Shown here piece after piece: positions 58,129 through 64,000 of a stretch of 64,000 nt of DNA. Every line of letters begins with the position of its first letter. Position 1 is the first letter of the stretch. The notes beneath the pieces were generated by a model that had not been told where the DNA came from, ran no database searches, and worked only from the letters and a program-made list of their open reading frames with translations. The stretch is taken from NCBI RefSeq assembly GCF_009914755.1, contig NC_060928.1, one strand, 5' to 3'. A program made the translations under genes and the position numbers. This DNA comes from the human T2T-CHM13v2.0 reference genome, Homo sapiens.

Positions 58129-58423
58129 AATTTAAAATTTGTGAAAAATGTTATTTCTCCTTATGAACATAAAGCTCCCTATGAACCTTAACTGTTCTAG
58201 GTTATAGTCAGTATTCTTTGCTACTTGCTTTCGTAGTTTATTTATATTAAAAGAAACTAAAACTATTAACAGTTGTACTCTCATAATGAAGACAGCACCC
58301 TTGAGTGATAGGCCTACAGCTTGTTAAGTCGTTTATCTTGTAAAAACCAAAACCAAAACCAAAACACCATGCAGAGTAATAAAATGGAGCATTAGTGAAG
58401 GTCAAAATTAAATAATATTTTAA

Positions 58424-58791
<368 letters not shown>

Positions 58792-59992
58792 AGTGTTGTC
58801 TACTTTAACTACCTGTGCTGCTCCAGTTAATAGGAAAGTGACAAATATGTAGATAAGCAGCTAGAGAGAAATAAATACATCTGACTGAGAACTCTGGGAG
58901 CTCACTTGAATTAGTTGAAATTTCTAGTCAGTTGCCTATGTTTTTAATTTTTTTAAAATAGTATCAGTGCAACCAAAATAAAAGTATCTAAGTTATCCAC
59001 ATACTTTCATATGCAGTTAGTGAAACTTTTAAATACTTTACTCAAATTCTTTAATATTACCAATATTCCTTTTTTCTTTACATTTGCTTTATTTTATGTG
59101 AGCAAAGATATTTATGCCATTGGACGTAAAACAAGGAAATTCGTTTCTCTATTAAAATAGTACTACAAACTTATGCTTACATCAAAATAAACTGCTATCA
59201 AGACACAGGAACTAGGAATACAGAGATGGAAGGATACTTGCCCCTCTTGAATTTTAGCAGCAGGAGCAGGACTGGTCCTGCAGTGCTCCTGACAGTAACG
59301 TAGGCTGTCATAAGCAATAGTATGTGGGAAAGCGTGGGACGTGATACATGGGACCTCAAGAACTCATCAAATCAGTTTCATCTTCTGACCTCAGGCACGA
59401 CGGTCTCGGTGCCACAATGCCAAGCTGAGGTGCATGTTCTCCCTCGATTCTGTAGATACCACCATCCCAAGATGGTGATTTCTGCGTTCCCAAAGCCGAG
59501 TGGGTCCACAGCCCGCAAGGCCTGGCTCAACAACTCCACTTGCAAAAATTATGACTGGACCTGGTTAAAGATCATGTTCACCCACCGTGCCTCCACCAAA
59601 GAGTCACACCGGAAACCAGGGCTGGATGTGAACTGGTGGTGGTGGGAATGATAACCTAAACTCCTTCTCTAGGGACCAGGCCAGCAGCATTGGTTTTTCC
59701 CGCTGGGCTTCAGCAGCACCAGCGTCTTCTGTCTACCATGCTGGGTCTAGCAGCTCTCGTGGGACCTCCACCAGCCAATAATCTTGAGAATTAAGGAATG
59801 AATGTAATTATTTTTCTTATAAATATGGAGAACACAAAACTAGCAAAATTTCTACATGATTATCTGACTACTTACGTATACGCAAGCTTTAGGTATTCTT
59901 GTGTGTGCACAGAACATATATGTAGCTTTATAGGCCATGGGCTAAGTATTAATTATCTTTGTGTTCCTATCACAGTCCCTTGATATTAATAA

Positions 59993-60417
<425 letters not shown>

Positions 60418-60789
60418 TAATAACAATTGGACTGACCTGTGGGCAGCTTGGTTCAGTTCTTTCTTTCTTTTTTTTAAATGCTTCCCTGAAGTCAAATTGC
60501 CCATCATTGATCCCTTACATGGGCTCACAAATATGTCTTATCTATTGGTTTATCACACAAGCAGGCTCTTCACCAGGCAATAGTGAACGTGGCACTCTTT
60601 TATGTTCTTTTCTTGAAAATTATTTTGCAGTTAAGTATTTTATTTATTCAGACTAATGCTTCTCCCATTCCCAAGACTGAAGCAATAAAGTTTTATTTAT
60701 ATGTATATGTTTTGGATGATAATCATAGTGCACTCATAATGATTATATTATACTGATATGCATATATGAGTATGCAAATTGCATAGCAA

Positions 60790-60945
60790 CTTACTATTAT
60801 TGTTCCCATTTTGTAGATGAGAAAACTATGGCTTAAAGAGGGACAGTAACTTTCCCAAGATATCACAAAAGCAGAGAGTGAGCAAATCATCACCATCTGG
60901 AATGCAGATCTAGGCCTGTCAGACTTTAGAGCCCAAACCTTCACA
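60790..60945 (-). mobile_element. MIR
   Basis: cccattttgtagatgagaaaactatggcttaaagag core. Confidence 0.7.
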
Positions 60946-62584
60946 CTCACTTTTAACTGCCTCTGTTAATGAAGAGTGTAATTCTAGCACATGCTCTTGC
61001 TGGAAATTTCATAATTATAGTTAGGAAGCATAGAGTGTGTTTTCCTGTATAACAGCTACAGGAAAGGGCTAGGCAAGAAAAAAAATCACCAAATACTAAT
61101 AAAACACGGTTTTATTTCAGAAAACATTTATTATGCATCTTGATATCTTGGAGCAATAGAAGTGGTCACAATATGTAAACTTGAGTGAATGTGACAATGG
61201 ATCGGCTTCTTCATTTTAAGACTATGCATCTTCCCATCATTACTTTAAATCACCTCTAGCAGCAAATTTGAGTGAGATCCTAGATTTTGGTCTGGCTTAG
61301 GTAAGAAACCAGAGTCTATCTCCTCTTGGATTCAGTCCTTGGCTGTATTTCTAAAATGTTTGAACCAGATTCCCTGTCTGAGTCAGCTGATGGGGCCTAG
61401 TTTCATTTCAAGAGACTTCAGAATCAGCATCTCTAATCTCACCTCCTAATCTCCCTTCATCTCTTTGGCCATATTCAAACATACTTTGACCTACATTCTA
61501 CAATTAGAGACAAAATAATTGGAAGGTGGCTTAGTCAATGAACAAGTATAAATGACAAGTTCTTTGCCTGGAAGAGTTGCCATCAAGAGTGAAAAGAAAA
61601 GTACAGGAAAGCAGGTGAAAAGTGAACTTCAAACACTTTACAACTTTGTTTAAGGTCAGATGTGTTTACTTTCACCTGGGCAGGGCAAAGAGAAGGAAAC
61701 AACCTATGCCAGGCAGCTGCTACTAAATGCTTTCCATACCTTTTCAAGTTGGTTCCTCACCATTTCTCCCTGGAATTTACATTGTTACAGTTTTCCCCTT
61801 TCCACGTGAGCACACAGGTTCTGGAAAGTTAAGGGACTTGTTCAAGATCTCATAGAGTTAGAACTGATTTCAGGTGGAATTAAATCCAGAAGCCATACTT
61901 TTCACCACAACGTCCCCCTAGCACAGTACAAAATCGGGTGTGTGTCAAGCAGTTATGAACCGCCACCAGGCAGCTCTGCTTTAGATTAGTTATGCTGGGT
62001 TTTTTTCTTCTTTCCCTCCTCCTTTTTTTTCTTTTTTGCTAGAATAGACTTTGCAAAAATCAGTTTAATTTTTTGAGGGGTTCGTTGATTTTAGCATCAC
62101 TGAAAGATTCTGGAGATCATTGCTTTAGTTAATGCAATGGCTTATTTATTGATGTAATGAGGACTTCTTTTATGGGGAAAAAGAAGGCATTCAACAGTGT
62201 TTGCCAAATGAAAGACTAGCTGTGATAACATTACTTTTGTCTGTTTTCTGTGTGCATGCTGGGCTTTAAAATATGCTTGGAATTTTCTGTAGAATCATAA
62301 GATGCTGAAGTTGGAAGGGTACTCAGAGAGCATCTGAGCAATCCCTCATTTACAGATAAGAGAACTGAAGCCCTGAAAGGATAAATGAATCATCCATGGT
62401 CACATGCTTGGTTGGCAACATGGTTGGGACTGGGACCCAGTGCTTTTTTCTGACCTTCTCCTCAGGGTATCTCTACAATGTCTCATGTTAGTATTTTGCT
62501 TGATGAGGGAGGGACGTGGGATTCTAATATACTGTGCTAATGCAGTATAGTTTTCCATTTTTCTCACTTGTTTTTTGGTGGGGT

Positions 62585-63172
62585 ATAGTGGGTTGAATGT
62601 TGGTACCAAAAAAAAAATATGTCCACATCCTACTCTCTGGAACCTGTGAATATTAATTTATTTGGAAAAAGGATCTTTGTAGACATAATTAAATTCATAG
62701 TTTGAAATGAGAAGACAATTTTTTCCATGGACAGATTGGGGAGGGGGATGGTTTCTGGATGAAACTGTTCTACTTCAGATCATCAGGCATTAGATTCTCA
62801 TAAGGAGTGCGCAACCTAGACCCCTCGCATGCACAGTTCACAGTAGGGTTCCTGCTCTGATGAGAATGTAATGCCGCCGATGCCGCCGCCACTGATCTGA
62901 CAGGAGGCAGAGGTCAGGTGATAATGCTCACTGGCCCGTTGCTCACCTCCTGCTGTGTGATCTGGTTCCTAACAGGCCACAGACTGGTACAGGTCCATGG
63001 CCGGGGGTTTGAGGATCCCTGAGAGATCCAGATTGCATCCAGAGAGAGTGCAGCCCTGCCAACACTTTCATTTCTGACATCTGTCCTCTAAAATTGTGAG
63101 AGAATCAAATTCTATTGTTTTAAGCCACCCATTCTGTAGTAATTTGTTACAACAGACACAGGAAAGTAATGC
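62585..63172 (+). mobile_element. MLT1 LTR pieces with an inserted MER1-type (hAT/Charlie) element at ~62710-63021
   Basis: MLT1 start (gtgggttgaat...gaacctgtgaatatt) and end (ttttaagccaccc...gtaatttgttac); MER1 motif gcattagattctcataaggagtgcgcaacctaga. Confidence 0.75.
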
Positions 63173-64000
63173 ATGGGGGAACAGAGAGCTAGGACTGATG
63201 TTGTTTTAACCACTTCTGACTTCACAGAGTCTAAGGAGGAGTAAGTGTCTGCTGGGGTGGGGGTGGACAGTTGAAGAGCTTCAGGAACAGATGAACGTTT
63301 TTATTGCGATGGAGACTGAGAATAGTGACCTTTCTGCAAATAACAGAAAAAGTCCCCCAAAGAAAGACCTGGGGACATCTCATCAAATAAAGTGAAGGAG
63401 GGAAGGACAGACCATTCCCTGTTTGATGCTCACACTCCTTCAGTCCTTGGCGCCCTCTCACTACTGCTTCCTGGATGTCTGTGAGCCCTTCTCGCCAAGC
63501 CACACGCCCTGAGAACTCTCCTCCTTCTCTTCTAACCTTCTGTAGCCTCTGTCTCATTTCCCCAAGGCTCTATTCCTAGTGCAAACCCTCACCTCCAAAT
63601 TAATATGTTGCAAGGAGATAAAGGCTGATTGTAATTCACTGTTACCGTGTGTTACTTCCATTTATCTTCTACAGCCCACTTTGTGTGAATTAACTAAAGG
63701 AGGAGAGAAGTCAGTGGGGATCTTGTGCAGGTTCCACACCAGCCTAAGGGAGAGACATTTTGGAGAGAGAGGAATATTCCTCCTGTCCTTCCTGCCATAC
63801 CCCATAAAGATCAGCCCAGATTATGAAAAGCACTGGTTGTAGGTATTTTCTTATAGCCCTAGATGTATTGGGAGCAGAAACCTGAATGTAGAAGAAAAGA
63901 AATTCTTCCATTTAGGCTGGAGTTCCTCAGAAAGTTCTACGAGTGATATGATATTGCTTGCTCCTCAGTGAGCTTTTTACTTAGTTATGATTTTCTTTTC

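Overview
Human genomic DNA (Alu, L1PA, THE1 and MST repeats) containing the whole PITX2 locus (4q25) on the minus strand. Five coding exons can be assembled with canonical GT-AG junctions into PITX2a (271 aa), PITX2b (317 aa) and PITX2c (324 aa), with a K50 paired-like homeodomain and an OAR motif. Downstream on the same strand is a two-exon lncRNA matching PANCR, whose terminal exon and poly(A) signal come from the 3' LTR of an MLT1-type MaLR provirus relic. The core of the locus is a chain of CpG islands inside a ~42 kb Alu-free block and includes the FoxH1/Smad asymmetric enhancer (ASE) motifs in the last intron; the flanks are repeat-rich. I found no new protein-coding system. The best leads are regulatory and are inferences: an ASE-like motif cluster next to the PANCR promoter, a uORF in frame with PITX2c and separated from it by a single UGA, an intronic ATG in frame with exon 3, a triple TCF/LEF inverted-repeat cluster in the 3' UTR, and an orphan CpG island inside the PANCR intron. 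Repeat subfamily names, TSS positions and literature links are from pattern recognition and recall, not from database searches.
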